Notes: generated from the letters alone by a model not told the origin. Shown: positions 8,450-17,586, counted from the stretch's first letter. The stretch: 32,000 nucleotides of DNA from Candidatus Electrothrix yaqonensis (GCA_047651235.1 CP178758.1:1410001-1442000), one strand, 5' to 3'. Numbers and translations are program-made.

Positions 8450-8458
8450 TGGTATAAT
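8450..8458 (+). promoter_or_regulatory. Extended -10 promoter element (TGGTATAAT) upstream of the amphi-Trp/fab-like operon
   Basis: TGnTATAAT match at 8450..8458, about 170 nt upstream of the 8628 start. No good -35 element. A second TATAAT lies on the opposite strand at 8445..8440, facing the 8427 ORF. Confidence 0.35.
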
Positions 8459-8627
8459 TGTAATTTTAACCATGATCCGCAAAGGCGGGCAGCTGTTTCA
8501 GAAAACGGAAAAACAGGGTGCAGATACGGATTAGACGAATTCAGGTTTGACTCCCTGCAGGCAACAGACTATTATCTTTTTCAGTTATGCTGCTTTGGAC
8601 TCATTTGCATTTTTCAGGGAGGAGAAT

Positions 8628-8906
8628 ATGGGGCGTGAAACAGTGCTGTTCAGAACTGAGGAAAAAATGTCACGCAACGAGGCGGTCAATCTGTTGCGGG
8701 CATTGGCCGATAAAATTGAAACCGGCAGGGTCATCCTGCAGCAGGGAGACAAGGAAGTCAAACTGAAGATACCTGACCGGGTCGAGCTGGAAGTCAAGGC
8801 GGAAAAAGAGGTCGGCAGGCGGAAAACCAAAAAAAAACTGGAGCTGGAAATCGAATGGCTGGTCGGCGGTGACAGCAGCAAACAGCAATCATTAACTTTG
8901 GGATAG
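8628..8906 (+). CDS. amphi-Trp domain protein
   Basis: 92 aa from the ATG at 8628, preceded by GGGAGGAG. NEAVNLLRALADKIETGRVIL...VELEVKAEKE...LELEIEW matches the amphi-Trp domain pattern (family recalled from memory). Confidence 0.78.
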   Translation: MGRETVLFRTEEKMSRNEAVNLLRALADKIETGRVILQQGDKEVKLKIPDRVELEVKAEKEVGRRKTKKKLELEIEWLVGGDSSKQQSLTLG

Positions 8907-8908
8907 GA

Positions 8909-9643
8909 GTGGACAGTTTTACAGGACAAAAGGCTGTGGTCACCGGGGCCACCAGAGGCATCGGCAGAGCCGTAACCGAGGCTCTACTGGCCGGGGGCGC
9001 CACTGTAATCGGCATCTACGGCGGTAATACAGCGGCAGCGGAAGAGCTGGCTGCCGCCTGCGCTACGGACCGGCTGCAGCTACACAGGGTGGATGTCAGC
9101 GATTATCAGGCCGTGGAAATTTTTTTCCGGCAGATGGACGAGCAGTTTGGGACCATTGATATCCTGGTCAACAACGCAGGCATCCGCCGGGATGCGGCTC
9201 TGGCCATGATGCGGCAGGAAGACTGGAACCGGGTCATTGACGTCAACCTGAGCGGCGGCTACAACATGACCAAATTTGCCGTCCAACTGATGATGAAGCA
9301 AAAGTACGGGCGGATCATTTTTATCACCTCGCCTATGGGGCACCTCGGTTTTGCCGGACAGGCCAACTATGCCGCTTCCAAGGCCGGACAGGTGGGCCTG
9401 ATAAAGTCCCTGTCCAAAGAGGTGGCCAAGCGGAAGATCACGGTCAACTGCGTGTCGCCCGGCTTTATCAGTACGGATTTTCTGGATGACCTTTCCGGAG
9501 ACCAGGTCAAAGCGTATAAAAAAATGGTTCCGGCGCGGCGCTTCGGTACCCCGGAGGAGGTCGCGGATGCCGTGCTCTTTCTGGCCGGAAAAAAAGCCGC
9601 CTATATTACCGGTTCAGTTCTGGAAGTGACCGGAGGGTTGTAA
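8909..9643 (+). CDS. 3-oxoacyl-ACP reductase-like short-chain dehydrogenase (FabG family)
   Basis: 244 aa, GTG start. Contains TGATRGIGRAV (the TGxxxGIG cofactor loop), NNAG, and YAASKAG (YxxxK). Confidence 0.9.
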   Translation: MDSFTGQKAVVTGATRGIGRAVTEALLAGGATVIGIYGGNTAAAEELAAACATDRLQLHRVDVSDYQAVEIFFRQMDEQFGTIDILVNNAGIRRDAALAMMRQEDWNRVIDVNLSGGYNMTKFAVQLMMKQKYGRIIFITSPMGHLGFAGQANYAASKAGQVGLIKSLSKEVAKRKITVNCVSPGFISTDFLDDLSGDQVKAYKKMVPARRFGTPEEVADAVLFLAGKKAAYITGSVLEVTGGL

Positions 9644-10080
9644 TGGCAAATATGGATCTGGCCTTCATCCAGAAGCGTATTCCCCACCGTGCTCCGTTTC
9701 TCTGGCTTGACCGGGTGCTGGAGCTGGACGGAGAAGCCATCCGGGCGGAAAAAGCCCTGCCCGCTGATCTGGATATTTTTCAGGGGCATTATCCTGACTA
9801 TCCCATCATGCCGGGGGTGCTGCTTTGCGAGGCCGTATTTCAGGCCGGGGCCCTGCTGATCAGCGAGCTGGTGTACCGGAATCAGGCAATAAACGGCGTA
9901 CCGGTTCTGACCCGGATCCTCGGAGCAAAGTTCAAACGGGAGGTCCGTCCCGGCGACCTTTTTGAAATCCGGGCAGCCCTGAAGGAGCAGCTCGGCCCGG
10001 CCTGGTTCATGAAAGGCAGTGTCCGGGTTGGCGGCAAGGTGGCAGTGCAGGTCGAATTCGCCTGTGCCCTCAAAGAGTAA
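9643..10080 (+). CDS. 3-hydroxyacyl-ACP dehydratase, FabZ-like hotdog protein
   Basis: 145 aa. [13 protein letters not shown]...[22 protein letters not shown] aligns with the E. coli FabZ LPHRFPFLLVDRV...[22 protein letters not shown], including the catalytic His and Glu. Its start overlaps the FabG-like stop (TAATG). Confidence 0.85.
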   Translation: MANMDLAFIQKRIPHRAPFLWLDRVLELDGEAIRAEKALPADLDIFQGHYPDYPIMPGVLLCEAVFQAGALLISELVYRNQAINGVPVLTRILGAKFKREVRPGDLFEIRAALKEQLGPAWFMKGSVRVGGKVAVQVEFACALKE

Positions 10081-10111
10081 AACGAATGATCGGGGACTGA
10101 ACGGAAAAAAG

Positions 10112-10912
10112 ATGGGTTTTCTCAATCTGACAGGCAAAAAAATCGTTGTCTTCGGACTGGCGAATAAAAAATCCGTGGCCTGCGCTATCGGCAGAGTGCT
10201 GGTCGAAGCCGGAGCCGAGGTCATTCATGTGGTACGCAGTGAAAAACGGGCCGCAACCTGCCGCAGGCTCTTCCCGGACAGCCCGGTGTTCTGCTGCGAT
10301 GTGGAGGAGGAGGCCAATATCATCCGGGTACGGGACGAAATTGCCGAACAGGTCGGCGGCCCCTTTGCCGGGATTGTCCATTCCATTGCCTTTGCCAATT
10401 ACTCCGAAGGGCTGCAACCCTTTCACGGCACTGTCAAAAAAGACTTTCTTCAGGCCGTGGATATCTCCTGTTTTTCTCTGATTGCCATTGCCAATCACTT
10501 TAAGGATCTGCTTTCCCCTGACGCCTCGGTGGTCACCATCTCCATCTCCTCCACCCGGATGGCGGCCGAGAATTACGGCTACATGGCGCCAGTCAAGGCA
10601 GCCCTGGATTCCTCGCTCTGCTTCCTGGCCAAATCTTTTTCCGCCTTTTCCAGGGTGCGTTTCAACGCGGTGAACGCCAGCTTGCTCAAAACCTCAGCCT
10701 CTGCCGGTATTCCGGGGTATATCGACTCCTACTTGTTTGCTGAACAGGCCATTCCCCGGAAAAAAGCCCTGCAGACCAGGGAGGTGGCCGACACAGCCGC
10801 TTTTCTTCTCTCCGAGCGTTCATCAGGAATCACCGGCCAGACCATTGTGGTGGATGCAGGCATGGGGTTCAACCTGTTTGATCAGGAAATTATTGAAAAG
10901 GTGGTGCGCTGA
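10112..10912 (+). CDS. Enoyl-ACP reductase, FabI-like
   Basis: 266 aa from the ATG at 10112 ([21 protein letters not shown]). Contains [14 protein letters not shown] (Y-x6-K) and AGIPGY. The track ORF start at 10019 lies inside the FabZ-like gene and is rejected. Confidence 0.87.
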   Translation: MGFLNLTGKKIVVFGLANKKSVACAIGRVLVEAGAEVIHVVRSEKRAATCRRLFPDSPVFCCDVEEEANIIRVRDEIAEQVGGPFAGIVHSIAFANYSEGLQPFHGTVKKDFLQAVDISCFSLIAIANHFKDLLSPDASVVTISISSTRMAAENYGYMAPVKAALDSSLCFLAKSFSAFSRVRFNAVNASLLKTSASAGIPGYIDSYLFAEQAIPRKKALQTREVADTAAFLLSERSSGITGQTIVVDAGMGFNLFDQEIIEKVVR

Positions 10913-11163
10913 TGGCAGCAGGACGATGGAACATCTTTTCCCGCCTGTTGACCATGCTCAGGCATACGGTCGCGGTGTTCAGGGCAAAGGAGACGCCACG
11001 TTATGTCAAGGCACTCCTCGGACTCGGTCTGATTTATGTGATCTCCCCTTGGGACCTCATTCCTGAATGGCTGCCGGTTATCGGCCTGCTGGATGATTTT
11101 GCCCTGGCAGCCCTGCTGATTGCCTGGGCGAACCGTTTTCGGCTGCCAGCTGATGACAGATAG
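10912..11163 (+). CDS. DUF1232 (YkvA-like) small membrane protein
   Basis: 83 aa. YVISPWDLIPEWLPVIGLLDD is the DUF1232 signature. Its start overlaps the FabI-like stop (TGATG). Confidence 0.8.
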   Translation: MAAGRWNIFSRLLTMLRHTVAVFRAKETPRYVKALLGLGLIYVISPWDLIPEWLPVIGLLDDFALAALLIAWANRFRLPADDR

Positions 11164-11258
11164 AATTTTTCTTTCACTCAACCCACCACCGGCTTCCGCC
11201 CTTCGGTCGGGATAATTTTGCTGCCCGGCCCGGACGTCACAGTTCGCCGTCAATCTGA

Positions 11259-11879
11259 TCAACCTCTAAAGAAGGAGATATCTCCTTTTCCCTCACGTAA
11301 AATTTCCGGCTGCTCAGAGACCAGCGAGACCACTGTGGACGGATCAGGGTACACTTCGCCTCCGTCAATAATCAGATCTACCTCATTGCCGAACAGCTGC
11401 TCAACATCGTAGGCATCAACAACCGGGTCTGCATGATCCTCCCGCGCTGCGCTGGTATTGAGGATCGGATTGCCGAGCTGCTCGATAACAGCGAGACAGA
11501 TGGCGCACTCCGGCACCCGGATACCCACGGTTTTCTGTTTGGTCAGCATAATTTTCGGAACCAGCTTTGAACCGGGAAGAACCAGCGTATAAGGACCGGG
11601 AAGATGTTTGCGCATCAGGCGATAGGCTGTGTTGCCCACATGGGCATATTCACTGATATTTTTCAACGAAGAACACATAAAGGAAAACGGTTTCTGCTTA
11701 GGCCGCTTTTTGACCTGATGTACCCGCTTGACTGCTTTCTGATGGAAAATATCGCAGCCGATTCCGTACATGGTATCAGTAGGATAACAGATAACTCCGC
11801 CTTTTTTCAGGGTATCAACAACCCTGTCGATCAGTCTGGGCTGGGGATTATACGGGTTGATTTCGATATATCTGGCCAT
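11259..11879 (-). CDS. tsaC: L-threonylcarbamoyladenylate synthase (YrdC/TsaC family)
   Basis: 206 aa. Contains GGVICYPTDTMYGIGCD, KKRPKQKPFS and GPYTLVL, the YrdC domain motifs. Single-domain length. Confidence 0.9.
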   Translation of the reverse strand: MARYIEINPYNPQPRLIDRVVDTLKKGGVICYPTDTMYGIGCDIFHQKAVKRVHQVKKRPKQKPFSFMCSSLKNISEYAHVGNTAYRLMRKHLPGPYTLVLPGSKLVPKIMLTKQKTVGIRVPECAICLAVIEQLGNPILNTSAAREDHADPVVDAYDVEQLFGNEVDLIIDGGEVYPDPSTVVSLVSEQPEILREGKGDISFFRG

Positions 11880-11976
11880 TTTTTTCTGCGGATTCGTTCC
11901 GCTCTTTCCGGAAAGTTCTTCTTTATTCTGACACGTTTTCTCATACGTGTCAAAAAGTTATTCACATCGTCTGCTC

Positions 11977-14205
11977 TCAGCCTTTCACATGCAGGTCTGT
12001 AATCCCGTCCCAATGTGCTGGCGGTTCCGCTGCCAGTTGACGGCATCTTTCCAGATAGACTGAATAGAGTCTGTCGTTCGGACTGCGGTCTTGCAGCTTC
12101 TGAAAAGCAGAAAACGCTGCCTGAAAATCACCCGCAGTATATACAGTCAATGCCTGTTTATGGCTCCTCAATTCCTGCCGCATTGCTGCAGAAATGACGT
12201 CCGCAGCCAGCAGCTGATACAGGGTCACCGGTGTTTTCTTGCCCAGAACCCGGACCGTGTCAATCTGCCGAAAGAAGAAGGCGTTTTCCTGTGCCATGGC
12301 ACGAGCTACTGCATCACTGACCAGAATGTTCACTCCGTATAATTTGGTTAATCCTTCAAGGCGGGAAGCAAGATTGACTGTATCCCCTATCACGGTATAA
12401 TCAAACCGGTGCTGCGATCCCATGTTGCCGACCCGCGCCTGGCCGAAATGGAGTCCTATACCGATCTGTACTTCAGACAGTCCCTCCTTCTGCCAGTTAC
12501 GGTTCAGCTCGGCAAGTTCCCGCAGCATGGACAGAGCGCAGTCACAGGCTAACTGCAGATGATTCGGGGTATCCAGAGGGGCATTCCAGAAGGCCATGAT
12601 TGCATCGCCGATAAATTTGTCCACTGTGCCGCGCCGCTCCATGATAGCCCCGGTCATCGGGGTCATATACTGATTCAGGAAAGAACAGAGGTTGTCCGGT
12701 GACATCTTCTCAGCCATTGCTGTGAAATTGCGGATATCGGAAAAAAGAATGGTTAGTTCGCGTTCCTCACCGTCAAGGACCAGACGATCTTTTTTTTCCA
12801 CCAGCTCCCGGACCACATCCGGAGAGAGGTAATGCGAAAACGCGGAACGGAGCTGGTGTGTTTTTTTTTCTTCTGCAAAAAAATTGTATGAGGTAAAAAA
12901 AGTAAACAGAACTCCGGTAATGATGACCGGATAGGTTATGTCAATCAGTATGTTCTGATAATAGAAAGAGTACAGGGAAAGCAGTATGATTCCGACAAAG
13001 ATTGCCAGAGAGAGAAACACGCCGGATGTTGCCTTTATTTTCGGAAGCAGCAGAAAGGACACCAGACTGATACAGAGCAGATAGATCATTTCAGCACCTT
13101 TTGCCCATTCCGGCCGCTGGAGAAAATTTCTGCTCAGAATAGTGTTGAGGGCATTGGCGTGCACTTCCACGCCGGGAAAGACTCGATCTGTGGGAACAGC
13201 ACGAAGATCAAACAGTCCGGGGGCAGAAATGCCGATCAGCACATAGGCATTGCGCAGAACTGCCGGGTCAAAGTTGTCCGACAGGATATCATGGGCTGAA
13301 ATATACGGGAACGTCCGGGCAGGGCCGCTGAAGTAGACGATCAGTTCCCCATGCATGGTCGTAGGAATCTGATATTGATATGGTCCTGCCTGCACATACC
13401 GGATTCCGCTTTCCCTGACTTCCTGGTCCATCTTTACTGTCACGGTCTGTCCGTTTCCCTCGGCAGCTTGGAGCATAGACAGTACTAGGCTTGGATACAC
13501 CTGCTGTCTGTAATAAACCAGCAACGGAAGGTTGCGGATGATGGAGTCATGGTCCGGAACAATATTGAAAGAACCGCTCCCCTGCGCCGCCGTTTCCAGT
13601 ATCTCCAGATTGACATCCGCCCCGGTAAACGGGTGAAGAAACGGGGCAGGATTCCCTCCTTCAAAAACGAAATTACCTGTTTCCGGTGTATGGTTTTCAG
13701 CAGGAACTTCCGGATCTGTGAAGGCATAACCGAGGATTACAGGAGCCGGACTGTTGTACATTGCTTTGGCCAGGGAGAGATCAGCGAACGAAACATCATA
13801 ACCGGATATTTTCGGTGAGCTCCGGTCCGGCTCGGCAAAGAGTATATCAAAGCCGACAACAGCAGGTCCGGCTGCAGTAATTTTATTCAGCAGTTCAGCA
13901 ATCTGATTCCGCGACCAGGGCCATTGTCCGTGCTGCCCCAAGCTGGCCGAATCGATATCAACAATGACCACCCGGTTCTCAAGCAGCGGCGCTGGCCGAA
14001 GGCGAAGAAAAAGATCAAAAGTCTTCAGGCGTAAGGTATCCAGTGGAAGGAGTATATCCTCCAGTGTACCCTCCAGCGGACCCAACTTGTTTTTCAGAAA
14101 ATTGGAATCCCGGTACAGGGAGATAAACAGGCAGATGAGTATGAGCAGCAGCCCGGCAAGATGCGCCGAACCGCTCCCGTATTTTTTGCGGGAACCAAAA
14201 AACAT
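11977..14205 (-). CDS. CHASE2 sensor-domain class III adenylate/guanylate cyclase
   Basis: N-terminal TM segment, a periplasmic CHASE2-like region, and 3-4 further TM segments. Cyclase core: LTILFSDIRNFTAMAEK...VDKFIGDAIMAFWNAP...GIGLHFGQARVGNMGS..RFDYTVIGDTVNLASRLEG. A TPR-like tail follows. I prefer the ATG at 14205 (MFFGSRKK...). The track start at 14277 is a TTG that overlaps the upstream gene by 44 nt. Confidence 0.9.
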   Translation of the reverse strand: MFFGSRKKYGSGSAHLAGLLLILICLFISLYRDSNFLKNKLGPLEGTLEDILLPLDTLRLKTFDLFLRLRPAPLLENRVVIVDIDSASLGQHGQWPWSRNQIAELLNKITAAGPAVVGFDILFAEPDRSSPKISGYDVSFADLSLAKAMYNSPAPVILGYAFTDPEVPAENHTPETGNFVFEGGNPAPFLHPFTGADVNLEILETAAQGSGSFNIVPDHDSIIRNLPLLVYYRQQVYPSLVLSMLQAAEGNGQTVTVKMDQEVRESGIRYVQAGPYQYQIPTTMHGELIVYFSGPARTFPYISAHDILSDNFDPAVLRNAYVLIGISAPGLFDLRAVPTDRVFPGVEVHANALNTILSRNFLQRPEWAKGAEMIYLLCISLVSFLLLPKIKATSGVFLSLAIFVGIILLSLYSFYYQNILIDITYPVIITGVLFTFFTSYNFFAEEKKTHQLRSAFSHYLSPDVVRELVEKKDRLVLDGEERELTILFSDIRNFTAMAEKMSPDNLCSFLNQYMTPMTGAIMERRGTVDKFIGDAIMAFWNAPLDTPNHLQLACDCALSMLRELAELNRNWQKEGLSEVQIGIGLHFGQARVGNMGSQHRFDYTVIGDTVNLASRLEGLTKLYGVNILVSDAVARAMAQENAFFFRQIDTVRVLGKKTPVTLYQLLAADVISAAMRQELRSHKQALTVYTAGDFQAAFSAFQKLQDRSPNDRLYSVYLERCRQLAAEPPAHWDGITDLHVKG

Positions 14206-14233
14206 CAAATTTTTACTGAATCCCTCTTTCAGT

Positions 14234-15235
14234 TCAGTCCAAAGGGCATACACACGGCCTGCATGACAACGGGGCAATATTATCCATGAACTCTACGGCA
14301 GCCGGACCGATATGAATCGGCAGATTCAGTTTTTTGCCCGGTACTGCCGTGGACATGGACCCCGGACCGACAAGTTGTGCAGGACCGGTCGTGCCCCTGA
14401 ATTCAACCGTTGAATCACCGCCTCCAGTTACGACAGCCGTCATCAGCCGATAAGAGGAGAGGAGAATATGACGGGATGTACTTCCTCTGGGAATAAAGAG
14501 ACACATGGCCTTTAACTGACGGGAAATAATCGGGGTAACTGCCACGACAAAATCCGTCCCCCGGACCCCGACAACTGCAGTGGGGGTTTTGACGCGATAA
14601 TTCGGCTCACCGGAAGGTATTTTGGAGACGGCAGCCCGGACCTTGCCGAATATCAGGCGCAGTTTGGTATCCCGGGTGCCCAGCTTGCGGCTATACAGGA
14701 ATTTTTCGACAACCAGCTTGGACTGGGCAGTCAGGGTCAGCATACTTTTATCATGCATCAGCAGATTCACCCTGCTGTCCTGTTCTGTGATCAGCGTGTC
14801 TCCGGCAACAACATGGTAGTGCTCCTGCAGCCTGTACGCTTTCGTCCCCCCCTTGTGAACAACCCATACAGTACCCTGAACCTGTTGCGCCACGCCGGCA
14901 GGAGTACCACGGGCTACCTGAAGACCGTTCATTTTTTCCGTATCACCTTCGACCTTTTCTATGCCGTCAGGCAGCAGTGAGGCAGGCAGAGCATGCTCTG
15001 CTGTCAGGAACTGGATAAATTTCCTGGTTTCCTCAGCAGTGACCGGTACAACTGCATCATCAGCCGGGCCATCAGCCTGATGTTCTGATTCGGGGGAGGG
15101 GGGGGGACTGTCTGCTGTCAGCAGCTCCGTCAGGTCTCCGGTATTTTTTTGCCCCCCTTTTACTGTTGTTGAAAGAAAAAAGAACAGGAGACACGTCATC
15201 AGTCTGCCTGCAAATAAAAAAAACTTTATCTTCAT
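14234..15235 (-). CDS. FecR-domain protein (secreted or periplasmic)
   Basis: The ATG at 15235 is preceded by GGGGAGGGGGGAGAG. Hydrophobic N-terminus MKIKFFLFAGRLMTCLLFFFL. FecR-type beta segment: VVAGDTLITEQDSRVNLLM...YRVKTPTAVVGVRGTDFVV. Confidence 0.85.
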   Translation of the reverse strand: MKIKFFLFAGRLMTCLLFFFLSTTVKGGQKNTGDLTELLTADSPPPSPESEHQADGPADDAVVPVTAEETRKFIQFLTAEHALPASLLPDGIEKVEGDTEKMNGLQVARGTPAGVAQQVQGTVWVVHKGGTKAYRLQEHYHVVAGDTLITEQDSRVNLLMHDKSMLTLTAQSKLVVEKFLYSRKLGTRDTKLRLIFGKVRAAVSKIPSGEPNYRVKTPTAVVGVRGTDFVVAVTPIISRQLKAMCLFIPRGSTSRHILLSSYRLMTAVVTGGGDSTVEFRGTTGPAQLVGPGSMSTAVPGKKLNLPIHIGPAAVEFMDNIAPLSCRPCVCPLD

Positions 15236-15547
15236 CTCTCCCCCCTCCCCTACCGACAGAAACACTTTTTATCTGCAATAAATTTTGGGATTTTCTTTAC
15301 GTAAAGTACCAAATTTTACTGTGCTGAACTTTAGTCCGCATAAAGATAACATATTTTCTGCGTCTCCCTTGATATAAAATATTGTACATCTTTAAATAAA
15401 AAGAGTAAAGAGGTATAATAGTGTTACTTCCCCTGTATAATAGATACCAAAATGTTGCGTTCTTAAACTGGGAATGACACCTGTGGTACAAGATTTAGTA
15501 TTTCGACATGAAATGTCAGCCCGGACATTGATGATATATCTGCCAAT

Positions 15548-16606
15548 TTATACTTCTGGCTGTTTTTTTAGTGCAGCAAGACATCGATCTGTTAATGAAC
15601 GGAGACAGGGGATCTCACCTGGAAAAAAATCGGCAAGAAGGCCCTGCAGAGAAAAAAGAGCAGGTTTGAGATACTGCCGGAAAAACACCCTGCCCCTCTG
15701 TTGGCTCAGAAAAGCAAAGGCACCAAGAATCTGCAGGTTCCGCTGCAAGGCTAGCAGAAGATATTCCTGCCTGAACTGGTGCCGGTCATAGGGGAGCATG
15801 TCTGTCAGGGTGTCGAGGTAGCATTCCAGCAGCTCGTTCTGCAGCTGCTGCGGCAGAGCAACATAAGGATCAATAAGCAGGGAGGCAAGGTCGTAGGCCA
15901 GCGGGCCGAGGCGTCCAGCCTGATAATCAATAAAGTATACCTGCCCCTGCTGCACCATGATATTGCGGCTCTGAAAATCCCGGTGCAGAAAAAAAGAAGC
16001 GTCAGCCTGAGCAGCTTGGTCGGCCAGAGCAGAGAATTCCTCCTGAATGTCCTGTTCAGCAGGCAGAAGCTGCAGGTGCAGAAATTCATAACATAGAGCT
16101 TGGATAAAATAACCGGACTCCCGCTCCAGCATCACCCTGCGGTCGTACCTCGGGGTATCCCAGCACCAAGACGGATCAAAGTTTTTGCTGCCGTTCACCT
16201 GCATCCCGGCCAAGCCGGTTACTGCCTGCCGATACAGCCCGATAATCTGCTCAGAATCAATCCTGTTTTTCAGACCCTTTTGTAGAAGCAGGTCGTGCAG
16301 CCGTGTATTGCCCAGATCTTCACAGACCAGCAGCCCGCTCTGCTCATCAAACCCGTACAGTTGCGGTACCGGAGCTTCGGCTACGGCCAGATGGCGGCCG
16401 ATATGCCAGCCTGCAGCCGCTTCCTGAAGCCCGGCAGTATCTCCTGGAGGTGGCGTCACAGCAACCGCTGTTCTGCCGTCCCGGTGCAGTATCCGGCAGA
16501 AGCGCCGCAGGGAGCCGTCCGGTGTCAGCGGTTCAGTCTGCACCTTGTCCGGCTGCCATTGATCGCCTAATATCCGGCAGGCCTGTGCAAGCAGTTTATC
16601 GTCCAT
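15548..16606 (-). CDS. Aminoglycoside-phosphotransferase-fold kinase, AmgK-like (anomeric MurNAc/GlcNAc kinase family)
   Basis: Contains FFLHRDFQSRNIMVQQGQVYFIDYQ (HRDxxxxN catalytic loop plus the IDxQ metal site) and LAYDLASLL. I use the ATG at 16606. The track start at 16636 is a TTG. The subfamily assignment is from motif memory only. Confidence 0.75.
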   Translation of the reverse strand: MDDKLLAQACRILGDQWQPDKVQTEPLTPDGSLRRFCRILHRDGRTAVAVTPPPGDTAGLQEAAAGWHIGRHLAVAEAPVPQLYGFDEQSGLLVCEDLGNTRLHDLLLQKGLKNRIDSEQIIGLYRQAVTGLAGMQVNGSKNFDPSWCWDTPRYDRRVMLERESGYFIQALCYEFLHLQLLPAEQDIQEEFSALADQAAQADASFFLHRDFQSRNIMVQQGQVYFIDYQAGRLGPLAYDLASLLIDPYVALPQQLQNELLECYLDTLTDMLPYDRHQFRQEYLLLALQRNLQILGAFAFLSQQRGRVFFRQYLKPALFSLQGLLADFFPGEIPCLRSLTDRCLAALKKQPEV

Positions 16607-16674
16607 GTGTCCGGCTTGATCCGGTTCGGCGGACAAGCCTGTTTCTTTCCGCAGATGCAGGAATTTATAGAAGG

Positions 16675-17583
16675 TTATACTTTTTCCTGGGCTGTTTTCC
16701 CGAGAAGACCTGCAGGACGGAAGATCAGAATCAGCACGAGCAGGGAAAAGGCAAATACATCTTCATAATCGCTGGAGACATAGCCGGTGGCAAAGGCTTC
16801 GGTCAGGCCGAGGATGAAGCTGCCCAGTACGGCCCCCGGAATAGAGCCGATTCCGCCCAGCACGGCAGCGGTAAAGGCTTTGATCCCGGCAAGAAAGCCG
16901 ATAAAAAAATTAATCTGCCCTACATGCGAGGCGATGAGCAGGCCGCCCAGAGCAGCCAAGGCGGAGCCGATGACAAAGGTCGCGGAAATCACTTTATTGA
17001 TATTAATTCCCACCAGCATGGCCATAGTCTTGTCCTGGGCCGTGGCCCGCATCGCCTTGCCCAGCCGGGTAAACTTGATCAGCCAGGTCAGGATGGCCAT
17101 GACCACGGCCGTGGTCACCAGAATAACAAAATCCGTTGAACCGAGAATATGGGAGATCGGCTCCAGAAAGGCCAGTTCCGGAATGAGTTCGGGAAAAGAG
17201 AGAAAATCCGAAGTTTGGGCCAGCAGGACATAGTTCTGGAGAAAAATGGACATGCCGATGGCTGAAATCAGCGGCGACAGCCGGGGAGCGTTGCGCAGTG
17301 GTTTGTAGGCTACTTTTTCCACGGTAAAGCCGTAGGCCGCAGCCCAGACTGTTGCTGCCAATACGGCTAGGGGCAGCACGGCAAACTGCGGAAAACCGTA
17401 GATGGACAGCACCGTGGCCACAATAAAGGCAGTAAATGCCCCGATCATATAGATCTCGCCGTGGGCAAAGTTGATCAGGCCGATAATGCCGTAGACCATC
17501 GTATAGCCGAGGGCGATCAGAGCGTAGATCGATCCTCTGGTCAGGCCGCTGAAAGTAAGTTCTGTCAGATAATTAAGATCCAT
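16675..17583 (-). CDS. livH: Branched-chain amino acid ABC transporter permease, LivH family
   Basis: 302 aa and polytopic. Contains GYTMVYGIIGLINFAHGEIYMIGAF and LGKAMRATAQDKTMAMLVGININ, both LivH/BPD_transp_2 signatures. Confidence 0.92.
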   Translation of the reverse strand: MDLNYLTELTFSGLTRGSIYALIALGYTMVYGIIGLINFAHGEIYMIGAFTAFIVATVLSIYGFPQFAVLPLAVLAATVWAAAYGFTVEKVAYKPLRNAPRLSPLISAIGMSIFLQNYVLLAQTSDFLSFPELIPELAFLEPISHILGSTDFVILVTTAVVMAILTWLIKFTRLGKAMRATAQDKTMAMLVGININKVISATFVIGSALAALGGLLIASHVGQINFFIGFLAGIKAFTAAVLGGIGSIPGAVLGSFILGLTEAFATGYVSSDYEDVFAFSLLVLILIFRPAGLLGKTAQEKV

Positions 17584-17586
17584 AAC

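Noticed and set aside
14206-14277. TTG start at 14277 for the CHASE2 cyclase, GTG start at 19178 for the decarboxylase, and the start at 10019 for the FabI-like gene, as listed in the ORF track.
   Set aside because: Each is a non-ATG or upstream-most start that overlaps the preceding gene. In each case a downstream ATG matches the family N-terminus, and two of them (19112, 10112) have a much better RBS or spacing.
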